A stretch of DNA of 64,000 bases from Sphyrna mokarran (taxonomy: Eukaryota). The position numbers and the translations under genes were made by a program. Shown here piece by piece: positions 13,308 through 25,805 of this stretch. The notes beneath the pieces are model-generated. The model ran no database searches. It was not told the DNA's origin and saw only the letters and a list, made by a program, of their open reading frames with translations. The stretch spans positions 125,612,001 to 125,676,000 of the forward strand of contig JAGIQG010000001.1 of assembly GCA_024679065.1 (NCBI GenBank), read 5' to 3'. Each line of letters opens with the position of its first letter. Positions within the stretch are counted from its first letter, which is position 1.

Positions 13308-13732
13308 CGTTTTAGGAAAAAGAGATTTGCATTATTTTCATGGTCTGAATTAGATATAGGTCATCTGAAAGAGAAGGTTATTTTGTTAACTTGTTCAAAC
13401 TGTGCATCTTCAACTTTAGCTTCTAAGGGAGGGAATTGGTGAACTTGCTTCACAAATGTCTGACATGAACATGTGTTGGAGCTAATTATTTTCTTTTTAT
13501 TTCACAGAGCACTTAAAATGTTGTTGAGCCATGAGTAATGAGAATAGGTAAAGTCAGTTAGCTAGTCTGTTGCTGGCAAGCATACAACCTGCTTGCACTG
13601 TGTTCTCTCTGCTCTTAACTGGATAGAGAAACACATTGAGTCATTATGAAATGATTGTCTCCAAAATGTTTCAAACCTATAATACCGCACTACATCTACA
13701 TTAGGAAAACAAAGCGAATTCTTCTAATGTGT

Positions 13733-13872
13733 CAAAATAAAAGGAAATTACTGCAGATGCTGGAATCTGTAACCAAAAGGGAAAATGCTGGAAAATCTCA
13801 GCAGGTCTGGTGGCATCTATTAGGATAGAAAAGCATTAATGTTTTGAGTTCAGGTGATCCTTTGTCAAAGCA
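13733..13872 (-). mobile_element. Penelope-like pLTR remnant (older family)
   Basis: Reverse complement resembles 36255-36365 (cagatgctgccagacctgctga...ttcca...). Confidence 0.6.
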
Positions 13873-13924
13873 AAGCTTTAGCTTTCTAATGAGTCTCTGA
13901 GATAACCTAGACAACATCTAAAAC

Positions 13925-14365
13925 CAGAGTTGGGCAACCTGCAGCCCATCTGAGTTCTGAGTGCGGCCCACAAGTTATTTTATAGATCACAGTCTACATG
14001 TAGGATTGCCACATTCTGCTGATCTCCATCTGTGTAGTTTTTTAAATATAGAAGTGGTACTCATGTAAAGCAAGAGGAAGTGAAGTGAGATACATACCGA
14101 TTGCACACAGCATAGACTGTGAGAGCTGTGCACTTCTTCTGCTTCCAAAGCGTAAATATTTATTTTGTTTTTACCATTTGAAGTTGATGACAGTTCTGTT
14201 AACATATAAATGATTAAGTATTTTCTATAGCTCGTTATGAAATATTCAGCATGTATTCAATCTTATTCATGCTTAGTGAACAAGCCTGATTTCAACATAG
14301 TGGCCCCTGAGATAAAGGAGGGCCACCCATGTGGTCCAATGACTAGCCTAGATTGCCTATTGCTG
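13925..14365. mobile_element. hAT (Charlie-like) MITE
   Basis: TIR-like ends cagagttgggcaacct / agattgcctattgctg, subterminal (gc)ggccc motifs, both ends flanked by atcta. Confidence 0.55.
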
Positions 14366-15071
14366 ATCTACTGCCTATACAAACAGGAATGTTCCACATT
14401 TCATCCTTGAACCATGCTGAGTTAAATGATCCTCAGTTTAAGTAATAGAGACATTGCTGTTTGTCTCAGAAACTTAAGGTTAGACTGATGTTCTGGCCTT
14501 CTGTCTGTGATGATTGAATATGCAGGAGGAGACGGAGCAAATTAATTGTTTGGAAAAATGTCGAAGAAAACTAAATCTGGGATTAAGGCAAAAAAGCAAG
14601 ACAAAACGTCCCTCTTGCTGGTTTATTCACAGTTTTGCACTTTCCTGTCTGTGAACTAAAATGTGGGCTACCTGTCCCAAACACTAAAAAGAGAGAAGCG
14701 TAACCCTTTGCATTCAGGCACGATCTGACATGGTAACAAACCACAAAGGCTGATATTGGCTCAATAAATAACTGTAGAATTGAGCATTGTAGAGAGAGGA
14801 AAGTTAATTTTACAAAGCAAGGACTTCAGGGACAAGCGAAGAAAAGACATGCATGTGGGACATGTGTTGCTTCCTTGTCTCTCATCTCAAGAGGTGTTCT
14901 ATGCTCCATATGTGGGGAGCTGACAACACCTGTAAGCTCCTAGAGTCCTCTCAATTCAGAAAGAATCAGGGCCATCAGAAACCTGAAGGCTGTTAATGAG
15001 AACTTGCAATCAGCCAACATATTTACTCTTTCCAAAAGGAAATTGCTTAGTTGGAGCAACAGGGTACATCT

Positions 15072-16215
15072 GAAACAAATCAGAAACAGTGAAAGACATT
15101 ATTGTCCAGCTTAAGTTGCCAACATTCACAAAGCACATAATAGAAAATTTTGCCCTCATTCCATTTATTGTTGGCCATTGATTACAAAACTGTAGCTATC
15201 TAGTAAAAGGTTATAATATATGATATTTTAAGAACTGAACGTTGGTTATACAAAATAATTTAGATGTAATTACCTGGTAGATAGAAATTAAGCATTTGTA
15301 ACACTTGTTAAAAAATGTATGGAATTGATAAAAAATATAATTCTCCATTATTCTAGTGTAATTGCTAATTTCTCAATGACATTTTCACTCCCATGCTCAG
15401 TCACGGCATTCCTATACTGGTCATTGTAACTGGCTGTGGAGATCTTTATCCAGGCTGTGAGCTATGGGACAGTTGATAATTAGGAGTGGGGTCAGTTTCG
15501 TTTTAAGACTTTCCCTGATTTTTCAGATGTGCTTATAGACGCATATAGATCAGTTAACTCAATATGAGTCAAAGTTCAAATGTGGAACATTTCTGGTTTA
15601 TAAAGCTGAGATGTTAACTAGAAACCACACTGACTTGTTAGAATTAATGTTGTTTTTCGAATGCAGATATGGCATAATGTAAGATAGAGAAGCATGTATG
15701 GTCATTCGAACTAGCATTTGCTTCCTTGCATCAGTGCTTTATTTCAGTTAGTGGTTAGTGCATTAACCCTTGATTCCATATTATCATTGTTCATCATTTT
15801 CCTGCAAACAAAATTTGCACAGATGATTGCCTTGAAATGATTGTACTGTGAGAGCTTTTGGGAAAGAAAGTTAGTTTGTATGGCTATGTTTTGGTGGTCA
15901 CATACCACGTCCACAATCAAATTTTTAAAAGCTCATTTTGAATAACAGTGGCCCAAGGTATGACATGGATGCAAGCCAGTGACACTTTGGTCTGCAAAAT
16001 ATCTAAAATGTATCAGTATTCTCTCAGACCAAATACTGATCAGTAGTAAAAAAGAGATGAAGATTAAACAAATCAAAAACAGTGAAGGACAGTATTGTCC
16101 AACTTAAGCTGCCAGCATTCACAAAGTACCTAATAGTAGAAAATTTTGCCCTCATTCCATTAATTGTGTTGAACAATTGTTGGCCATTGGTTATAATACT
16201 GTAGAAGTCCAATAT
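15072..16215 (+). repeat. Dispersed direct duplication of ~140 bp (about 15072-15200 and 16066-16215)
   Basis: Both copies read aaacaaatca.aaacagtgaa.gaca.tattgtcca.cttaag.tgcca.cattcacaaag...agaaaattttgccctcattccatt...ttgttggccattg. Confidence 0.85.
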
Positions 16216-16339
16216 AAAATAACAATGTATGGTATATGAAGAGCTGAGCATCAGATGGACAAGGTAGTTTAAATGTAATAAACGCATTTTGACCTTTCCA
16301 ATCTACCTCAATAATAACCCCATTGGAATGGTCTGGAAA

Positions 16340-16674
16340 ACTCAGTAAGAATCTGGTAACACCAATTTTAAATCCAATCGGTTTATTTGATAGTAGATCT
16401 GCTAGCTTTCGGCCTTTGTAGCCTTCGTCAAGCGAAGTCTTATTAAGACTTGAATAGCAGGTTAGGTGTAAGGATTCGCATTCTAATCAGCAATCTGTAA
16501 ACTGTCTGTGCTGATATGTGTGCTTTTGGAGACCAGAACATCTCATTCACCTGACGAAGGCTACAAAGGCCGAAAGCTTGCAGATTTACTATCAAATAAA
16601 TCAGTTGGATTTAAAATTGGTGTTGCCAGATTCTTACTCAGTTTACCCCAGTCCAATGCCGGCATCTCTACATC
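16340..16674. mobile_element. Short Penelope-like insertion made of inverted pLTRs, with 12-bp TSD
   Basis: About 16340-16436 is inverted relative to about 16546-16643; TSD atggtctggaaa at 16328-16339 and 16675-16686; same pLTR family as 52545-53310. Confidence 0.85.
16545..16586 (+). ncRNA. Minimal type-I hammerhead ribozyme motif in Penelope pLTR
   Basis: CUGACGA-A-GGC(UACAAAG)GCC-GAAA-GCU-U with palindromic AGCU helix III, as described for PLE minimal hammerheads; helix I is imperfect. Confidence 0.65.
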
Positions 16675-17204
16675 ATGGTCTGGAAAGATCCAGAGGAACA
16701 AAACCCAGATAACTTTTATTTTATATTCTTTCATAGAACATGGGCATCACCAGGCCAGCATTTTGATTACCTATCCCTAATTATTTTCAAGAAGGTGGCA
16801 ATTGTGGATCTTGATGACTACAGACTCTAAAATACTGGCGCATGTGTTTGTTTGCAAATCATTTTGAAATGGATTGCTCTGTGACTGCCTCCTCCTTAAA
16901 AATTCAGCCTCTAGAGCCATTGCAGGATTGCTGCTCCTATTCTTATAAATGTGATGAGTGGCATCATGGCATTTCTAAATTGCACATTTGCAATTTTCAG
17001 CTGTTGTTTGTCATCCTTCTACAATTACGCCGGTGTCAGGATATTCTTGAAGGAGTTCCATTGTATTGGACTTACTGTCAGAATCTCAAGTGCATCTACC
17101 TGTAGAATTCCGACAGGTGAGAATTTCAAAGCTATAAACTCATTTTCTTGTGACATTTAGGCATAATAGAACACAGCAGTTTAAACCATCATACAGCAAT
17201 TCCA

Positions 17205-17310
17205 GAGCTGTCCACTCACCTAACGAAGGAACAGTGTTCTGAAAGCTTGTAGCATTTACTATCAAATAAATCTGACGGACTTTAACTTGATGTTGTGAGA
17301 CTTCTTACTC
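17205..17310 (+). mobile_element. Solo Penelope pLTR remnant with degenerate hammerhead
   Basis: cacctaacgaaggaacagtgttctgaaagcttg...tcaaataaatc...tgttgtgagacttcttact. Confidence 0.65.
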
Positions 17311-19479
17311 AAACTGCTTCTCAGGCTTTACTGGCCTTGAAATTACACTTATATATCGAGTCTTTCATGACATCAGGGCAGTATAGCTGATCACTGTCAA
17401 ATAACTAAAAGCACTTGATTACACATTATAAAACCTATTTACTGGGGTGAATTACAATATTGGTGGGGTTGAGGAGAGAGAAAGGAAAGTCGGAAACCCA
17501 GAAATCTAGGGTCTTGTTACATTCCCAGCTGCATTTAGCCTGACTGACAAACTTGGCTTCCAGTTGGGCGCAGAGCATTTAAAGCAGATAGATCTGATTC
17601 ACCAGGCCTATCAGTGTGGAGGACTTGTGATGGGAGGGGGGTGGGGTTTCAATCTCAGACTCCAGAGGTCTTTGAACCTGACGAGAATGTGGAGCCTGGG
17701 GGAAACACTCCACTCAAGCTTAAAAAATGCTTGGCTTCTCCCTGAAGCTCTCTTTGCCTTTTCAGCTGTTGGGTTTCCCATGGCCTGGGAAACCCAGTCG
17801 GCCAGACTAAACCTGCAAACTACTTTAAAATTAGTTCACTGTCTCTAGCAGAGGCATGAAAAGAGAAGTGGAAAAGAAAGAAAAACACTTCTTGCCAATC
17901 AAGATTAAGCTTCCTATCTGGAGGGTTAAAAAATACCTTGCAGCATCTTAAAAAATTAAATAGAACCTTTTATTTCCTCCACACTGAAAGAGGCTGGTTT
18001 CCGGACTTAGCAAAACAAAACAAAATAAAGTAAAAGTCCTGCAGCAGCATTATTACTGGCACATAGTCAGGTGGCCTCCCCATTTTTCAACTGAATTCCT
18101 ACAACTGTTTTTTGTAACCACTGAGTAATCAAAATAAACTGCAGGCTCCATATTTCTAATAATGTCATGTTTTAAACAGAGTCCTTGCTCAGTATATGGG
18201 CCTCAGAATGGAACTCAGAATAACCTCTGCAGCTAGTGACTTGCTTTTTAAAAAGCTGCCACGTTACTTTCATGTTAGAAATCACTATACTATCTGTTGA
18301 AAAATTGAATCCCATTGGGAGAGCGACTGAGTGCCAAGAATATGATCCCGAAAAGCTGACTCAAGTGCATCTTTCAGTCCTGGGGGCAGACCGGTTGTCC
18401 ACATTTGTGGGTGGCCTAGTGAGGTAATAGAAGTGGGAGGAAGAAATTAACTTTGTTAAAGGTATGTTTTTACCATTACAGAAATACATTTGACAGTTTG
18501 AAAAAAATCACCATTTTTCTTCACTTAAAAAATGCTGGAGCCGTTGAATACTTTAACTTTCCCCATTTGTTTTTTAGCAGCATTTTTTATACTTTGTATT
18601 GCTTCAGTAAATTACAATCTCAAGGTACATCATTTAAGTGAACAGATCTACCAATGGCAGCAGAATGGGGAAGATTGATTGAATTAGGGTTTCCATGTGA
18701 CAATTTGCAATCAAGAATCAGATTCTCCTCTCGCCAGCCATTAGCATGGTCCCAAGGCAACCCCAGTTCAGGTCCACTATCAGGCGCGGACTGCACTTGC
18801 AAAGGGACTGAGAATGGGACGCAGTTTTGCAGAGAAGCACCATTGTTTTCCAGCCCTGTCTGCTGCTGGGATCCTCCCATCCCGCTGGAGGTCAACGGAC
18901 TTTTGGCTGGCCTGCTGCTTCCTTTGTAGTGGGTCGGACCACAGTGACACTGGAAAATCCTGGCTCAGGTTAACTGTATTCTCTGTAATTGCTGAAAGTT
19001 AGAACAAAAGACCAGCCTAGTTTATAGACTTTAGTTTGTGCTCCAGGACCATTGTGGAGTCTCCAGTCAAGGAGGGATCTGGGGATCAAGTTACAGTGCC
19101 ATATGTTTTGGGATGAATTGGAAGATGAGGCAGGAACCTGGGCCAGGATTTTATGGTCCTGCCACAGCATGAGATGTCTCCCACTGGTAGATGCAGCAGG
19201 CCATTTAATTGCATTGACTTTGGCAGGACTGTAATATGCTGCTGATCAAGAGAGGTTGTAATATCCTGGCTCTGGAAATGTTCAGTATTTTGCATTGCCG
19301 CACCTACGACATGTGCAGCCAAGTTTCCCAGCCTTGGGAAATTTCTGAAAATCCTACAACAAAATAAATAAGAGGAAAAACCAATAGTATGGATCTCCAC
19401 CCCCTTACTTTTGGTCTATGTACCTAGGGAATTACAGGTTTCCTCAGAATCAATGATCTGAAAAATTGACTCTCGTATC

Positions 19480-20065
19480 ATTCAAGGCCTAACCCTCTAT
19501 GTAGATGTAGAGATCCCATGGCATATGAAAGAATGAAAAGTTCTCCTGCTGTGCTAACCAACATTTATAGCTAAGTCAATACCACCAAAAACACATTATC
19601 TGGTCACTTTTACAATCCTTGTTTGAAGGGCCTGGATGTGTAAATTTTGGCTTCTATATTTCTCTACATTGCAACAGTTTAAAGTTTATTTATTAGTGTC
19701 ACAAGTCGGCTTACATTCACACTGCAAAGAATTTACTGTGAAAATCCCCTAGTCACCATATTCCAGTGCCTGTTCAGGGACACTTACTCAGAGGGAGGAT
19801 TTAGCATGGCTAATGCATGTAACCAAGCACGCCTTTCAGATTATGGGAGGAAATCGGAGCACCCAGAAGAAACCCACGCAGACACAGGGAGAATGTGTAG
19901 ACACCACACGAAGAGTCACCAAAGCCAGGGATCAAACCTAGATCTCTGGTGCTTGAGGCGGCCGTGTTAGCCACTGTACCACCATGATATTTAAAAATAA
20001 TTTTATAGGGTATTAAGTGATTATAGTTATCCTGAAATTGTAAAAAGTCCTATATAACAGCAACT
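19480..20065 (+). mobile_element. Deu-domain SINE (SacSINE1/AmnSINE1-like), interrupted by a younger SINE
   Basis: attatctggtca...gtttgaagggcctggatgtgtaaattttggct...tacattgcaacagt, resuming after 19986 with an L2-like tail ...cctgaaattgtaaaaagtcctatataa. Confidence 0.6.
19678..19986 (-). mobile_element. tRNA-derived V-SINE, second tail type
   Basis: Reverse complement has a tRNA head and V-domain plus tail ...cacagtaaattctttgcagtgtgaatgtaagccgacttgtgacactaataaataaacttt. Confidence 0.85.
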
Positions 20066-20900
20066 TATATTTATAACGTATCTTTAATGTAGAAAGCAAT
20101 CAAATTATAAAACAATGGCACCAATCCACGTAAGGTGATATGAGGACTGATCAAAAGCTTGGTCAAAGTTGTAGGTTTTAAGAAGTATCTCAAAGTAAAA
20201 AACTAAGCTAGGGAGATGTGGATATATAGGCTGGGAATTCTAGAGCTTAGGTCTTGGGCAACTGCAAGTGCAGACACCAACAGAGGAGCAATTAAAGTCA
20301 GGGACACTCAAAAAGTCAAAATTTGAGAAGTGCAGATAACTCCGAGGATTTTGTGGCAGGAGGAGATTATAGAGGTAGAGAAGGGCAAGATTGTGGGAGT
20401 TAGATCGTGAGCATCAAAGACATGGAGTTCCTGCAAACATAGACAGGGATATTGGAGATGACAACATTTTCAAGGATTTGGGACAGGTATGAGAATGGCA
20501 ATGGGACAGTCATTTGCAAGGGTGGTGTATCAGTGATGGGTTTTATGAGGAAAGGGATGATGAAAGCTGATGTAAAGGAAAGAGAGACAACACCTGAAGA
20601 AAAAGAACCATTATCAATATTGGCTGATATGAAAATCGGTCAAGGAAGCAGAAAGTGCATCTCGTGGACAAGATGAGCTCAGGAAAAACATGAGATAGCA
20701 GAGGAACTGGACAAAGATGCAAGTTCAGGAGTAGAGGAAGGGGGAATGTTTAGGGATTTTGGCATGGTAGGTTAGCGGAAGGGAGGACTGTGACAGAAGC
20801 AGCTCATTGAATGTTCGTGATCTTAGTGACAGAAGTCCATAAGCTTCTCACACTTATTTCAGCAGATGACGGTGGGGAAAAAGGGGAAGGAAGTTTAACA
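20060..20900 (-). mobile_element. L2-clade LINE fragment (3' end and RT region)
   Basis: Minus translation gives fragments like NGSFSSGVVSLSFTSAFIIPF and ILENVV; L2 3' end at 20060-20420. Confidence 0.7.
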
Positions 20901-22104
20901 AGATGTGTAAATATGTATAAATGGAAGTTTAATATGTATAAATGAAAGCTACTTCTGATGAGAGAAGGTAAGTGCTATATTTGACAGTTTTCAGTGCTTC
21001 ATTGAATGGGAACCAATATTGCCAGCGACCTGAGTAACTATGCAGCAACCCTAAAGTCCCCACATGGCTCAGCATAGAATGGTCCAAAGTTAACAAGTGC
21101 ATGTACCTTTGCAAAACATTTAAAATAGTTAAGCAGGCCACACATTTAAATAAATCATCCCACAATCCAAAAAAGACTGAGGGAAATGTTAATGGGGACT
21201 AGGTTCAAATGTGTTCAGCACACTGGTGGAATATGACCATGAATTGAAGTTGTTTATGAAGTGTTCCTATGGAGAAGAACAATATGTTTGCTGACAATTA
21301 CCTTCAATTCTGTTTGGAAAGAAAACCGATATTCAGCCAAAGATATTATCATGGCAACACATTGTTCCTGAAATTTACAAACCATCAGAATTTAAACAAA
21401 GAGAACAAATCTTCTGGGTCCTTGCTTAACATCAGTGAGTTCCCAGAGTACAATATTCCTAAAAATCCTGAACATACATAATCATAGGATCATAGTTGGG
21501 AAGGGCTGGTTTTGTATTCTGCTTTGTCTCAAAAGAATAGGAATAGTATGTGTTCACTGGGGAGTTAGAATAATGTTTGTTCTGCATTAAAACAAAGTTC
21601 CTTTGGCCTTATACCATGTTTCAAAATAATCTACAATTAACCAGCTGACGAATACTGAATGCTTAAACTGTATCCCTTATATTTTGTTCACTGCCAACAA
21701 AAATCCTGTGTTCTAAAATGGCTGTTTCTTAATCTTGGGCCTCCATCAGTGGTAAACAACGGCATTAGAAAATTGTAGGCGCTATTTTCTTTCATACTTT
21801 ATATTACATTTCTAAAGCTCAAACTTGACCCTTCTCTGGTTCAGAAGGTTTCTTTCTGACTTGATACTAAATCCAGTGCGAATCCAAAGGGGGCACTTTT
21901 ATCGCTGAAGGGTTCGCAGGGAAGAATTTCATTGGAGTTCATACACTCACAAAGGATATGAATTGCATTAGTGATCATATCATGTGGAAAAAAAACTTTG
22001 TTTTATAAAGTTATCCCACAAGGGATTGCAATAGAGTAAACACTACATTAAAATTTCCCAGCAACTGTTCTCCATGTCCCTCTGTGGGTATATGCATTGT
22101 GCGG

Positions 22105-22400
22105 TGTAGCGTGGTATTAAGTCATTCAGATCACAAGGTTCCTGGTTCAGTTTTCCATCTGTGCTGAGTTAATAGAGTTCAGCTACTTCAGCAATTGGCC
22201 TCAGTGCCGCTAGTTTAAAAATACAGAAAAATGCAGTCACAATGTTCCATCCTGTTTATTCTCCCTTGGTCCTGTTGGAAATTACATCCAAGTGAGTTTA
22301 TGAAATGAAAGCATCAGTTTAATAGTGATGCTATCCACAGTCAAATAGGAATTGCTCACTATTTGATGATAGAGAATGCCCATTTGAGTGCAATGCCAGG
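22105..22400 (+). repeat. Old SINE-like interspersed repeat (related copies near 14385-14530 and, reversed, 15420-15640)
   Basis: Shared core (tg)tgctgagtta...caattggcctcagtgcc; family not identified. Confidence 0.35.
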
Positions 22401-23150
22401 GACTACAAAAAGACTTGGAAACATATCCCACCAGGCATTGATCTAGTCAATCAGGAAGCATGTTTATATAAATTCCCAAATAATCAATATGATAGCTCCA
22501 ATATGAATTTACAGTGTTAACAGTCATATGGTGTGGCTTTGCCCAAACATTATTTGAAAAGTTAAAAAAAAACACTTTCTGTGGTCCGTTCTTCTTCTCA
22601 GAGGGCAGTGTCAGAGGATGATGTTGGGGGAGGGAGGTACTACAGGGGAGGTCATTTGGTTCCTCTTGTTTGTGGTGGTGGGGGGGTGCGGTTTGCCTTT
22701 TTCCGTGTTCAGAGGGATGTCCATATCTGGAGTGGGAGGGCAAGTTGTGGATTCCCCTTGTGCATGTGTGGAGGGGGAGAGACTCCTTTATCTCTGGGGC
22801 TTGGGGACATATTACTTTCCTTTGCACCTTTGCTGGAATTGCCAGCACTATCAGGCCCCGACGCACTAGCGGAATGGCATCAGTGACAACTCAGCGTTTT
22901 GTTTTACTCTGAGTGCTGCATTATCGTAGACAGCGCAGAAGAGCTCTTTTGGCCCATTGATTCCACACTGACACATTAAAAACACTTGAACTCCCATCTA
23001 ATCCCATCTGCCAGCCCTTCTCTGGTGAGAAAAACCAGCTGTGTAGCTGCATGTCAGTTTTCTCATCAGAGCCCGTCAGAGTAATTATCATAAAATTTCA
23101 CCCAGAATTTCTCGGCATTGCGAATGGCATTTTGAAATCTCGGCCCTGCC

Positions 23151-23443
23151 TGGGGGTGGCATGATGGCACAGTGGTTAGCACTGCTGCCTCACAGTGCTA
23201 AGCCTGGGTTCGATTCCCAGCTTGGGTCACTGACTGTGTGGCGTTTGCACGTTCTTCCTGTGTTTGTGTGGTTTTTCTCCAGGTGCTCCGGTTTCCTCCC
23301 ACAGTCTGAAAGATGTGCTGGTCAGGTGCACTGGCCATGCTAAATTCTCCCTCACTGTACCTCAATAGGTGCCGGAATGTGGGCACATAACTTCATTACA
23401 GTGTTAATGTAAGCCTACCTGTGACGCAAATAAAAAAAACTTT
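23151..23443 (+). mobile_element. tRNA-derived V-SINE, second tail type
   Basis: ggcacagtggttagcactgctgcctcacag...gggttcgattccc; tail taacttcattacagtgttaatgtaagcctacctgtgac...aataaa. Confidence 0.88.
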
Positions 23444-24128
23444 GAAAAACCTGCCATTGTTAATGGTCCATGGAGCGTTCAAAATTCTGTGAAAATCCAG
23501 CCCGATATCTTTATAATGTTAGTTTCGATGAAAAATAGGTCAGAATGTCTGAAAAGTTACAATGCTCATTTCTTTCTACAGGCACCACTGTTTTCAGAAA
23601 GTATGAGGCTCCTATTACTGTTATTTTTGCTCTGAAAACTTATGAACCCATATAATTTAAACCATTATATTAAACAGCCCTCCTTGATGTGTGCTCATTT
23701 ATTTTGTACATTGGCTATTAGAAACCTGGGGAAACACATTCCAACAGAAAAACCTACTGATGCCTTTCATACTCAGCCACGATAATATCCTGGAATGGCA
23801 GGGAGAGAAAAATGTTATCTTTAACAGGGTAAAAGGCCAAATGTTTTTCATAAGTCTACATTCAGGAATGTTCCTTTAATTTTTCAACTTTCATCTGTGA
23901 GTTTTCATGAACACTTTGTTACAATCTGAGCCTAGTCTTTAAATTTGCCTTTCACAATATAACCAATGTGAGCGGAATGTTTAAATTGTAACCTTTATGA
24001 TCTCATTTTTACCATCTTGACTTCCCCAGCACTTTCGCCACCAGCATCCATACCTCCACCCTCTGACAAAAGATCATCAACCTGAAACATTGGAGGTAGT
24101 TGAAAGACAGGTACAGATGTGGGGGTGA

Positions 24129-24422
24129 AATCATAGAATTATAAAATCCCTACAGTGCAGAACAGCCCATCAAGCATGCATTAAAGACAATCCCACCCAT
24201 CTTCGTAACCCCACAAAATTTACCCTGCTAATTCCTCCCCGACACTGGAGGGAAATCTAGCATGACCAATTAACCTAACCAGCACACCTTTGGAGTGTGG
24301 GAAGAAACCCACAAAAGCAGGGCAAATATGCAAACTTCATACAGTCACCCAAGGCTGGTATCGAATCTAGGCCCCTAGAGCTATGAGGCAGCAATGCTGA
24401 CAACTGTGTCACTGAGCTGCCC
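24129..24422 (-). mobile_element. HE1-like V-SINE with CR1-type tail
   Basis: Reverse complement of the family seen at 10782-11126. Confidence 0.8.
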
Positions 24423-25227
24423 AAATCACTGAAAAGTGGCATCAATTTAGAAACTGGACGTTATTGTGCCCACTTCAATGCTTGGCTTGGCAGGTCAGAG
24501 TGAGCAGCAAACCACTAAATATTTGAATTAGTTTACCAACAGCTGAAAAGACCCCATTCTATCTGTTTTCAACCAGCATCTGGTTTTAACAGCCAATACA
24601 CAGGTTCCACAATCTTTCTGCAATACGGTGTCAAGTACACTGCTGGTGCGGGAGGGAGGAGGGAGGAAGAAGGGGCGTGGTAAGATTGTTTATTGAAATT
24701 GTTGCGCTGGGAAAACTTCAAAGACTGAAATTGCAAGCTTGTGGTTATCCGCAGCGAAAAGCAGTGCTTAGGGATTACTTCCAACAGCTGAAATCACCAG
24801 TTTCAGAGTCAATTGCAATTTTTTGGAGTTACTTTCACATGGCTTCAGCCTCCTTACCATCAGACTTCACTGCATCATTGAAGCAACCAATGCAGCAGCC
24901 AGTCGAAAACATCTAGCCAACAACAGCACCTGGAGCTGCATTCTTTGCAGCCACACTCTGTTCCTTGGGACACAAGGATTGAGCACAGAGCTCCATCCCA
25001 AAAAGTGATACCACCAGCATAGGGTGTACTGTTCAAGAGTGAACTTCCCCAACATGTCAGAGAAACAGTGTGCTAGGAAGCTCAGGTTCTCATAACAGGT
25101 CATCAACAAACTCCTGGAATCAAATGTCCTGCCAAGATGACCTGATGGCCCTGCATTACAGTCAAGGTCATATCTTTGTCGCTATCTTTTCAAGGGTTCT
25201 GCTGGACATATCTCCAGGATATCACAG

Positions 25228-25800
25228 CATTGTTGTTCTTGGCAGTCCCTTGACTCAAGGATGATGTTTACTCAGAGACCCAAGTTTCTCCCATCTTGTT
25301 GTGACTCAGCATGCTGACTTTCAACAAATCTTAGATCTTTGGAGAAGAACATCCCACAAGTTGATTGGACTTGAAGCGTGATGTAGCTTGATGGACAGGA
25401 TGTTGCCATTCTGAGTGATTGATAGCAAGCTTTCAGTTATTAAGGTCAATGCTGCCAATCTGCCAAAGGAACTTCAGAATGTCTGTAAAGTTTTTGTTGC
25501 TCTCCCTCGAAACACTAGCTATTTGAGAGTTGAGTGAATATGGCATGGCAGGGAAGACAATTTTCAGCCATGTAAGTGCAGTGGCCAGTCCATCAGAGTT
25601 GATTTTGCGGGAGTTTTGTGAATGCTTTTGGACCTGCCTTCAAGATGGACACTAGCAGTTGTTTGCTGGTCCTCCCATGGATTCCAGAGGATTTGGTGGA
25701 AATTTTGCTGTGAAAATTCTCTGGCGTTCTTAGCTATCACTAACACAAGGTCCAGATTGCCCTACAGTCCAGGAACATTGTCACAACAACTGTTCTGCAC
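25228..25800 (-). mobile_element. RTE-clade LINE 3' fragment
   Basis: Reverse complement has the same 3' end as 11876-12381 (agggactgccaagaacaacaa) and QILWNPWEDQQTTASV-like RT C-terminal peptide. Confidence 0.7.
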
Positions 25801-25805
25801 ACTAA

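Noticed and set aside
17076-17099. 24-nt minus-strand micro-exon candidate (VDALEILT)
   Set aside because: Weak polypyrimidine tract; open only in phase 0, which does not fit the AFAP1 exon; no homology recognised.
19086-19400. 104-aa minus ORF with a strong acceptor near 19354
   Set aside because: No recognisable protein and no convincing donor.
21302-21367. 66-nt exon-like segment (EQCVAMIISLAEYRFSFQTELK)
   Set aside because: Phase 0-0, competing acceptors and no homology; likely chance.
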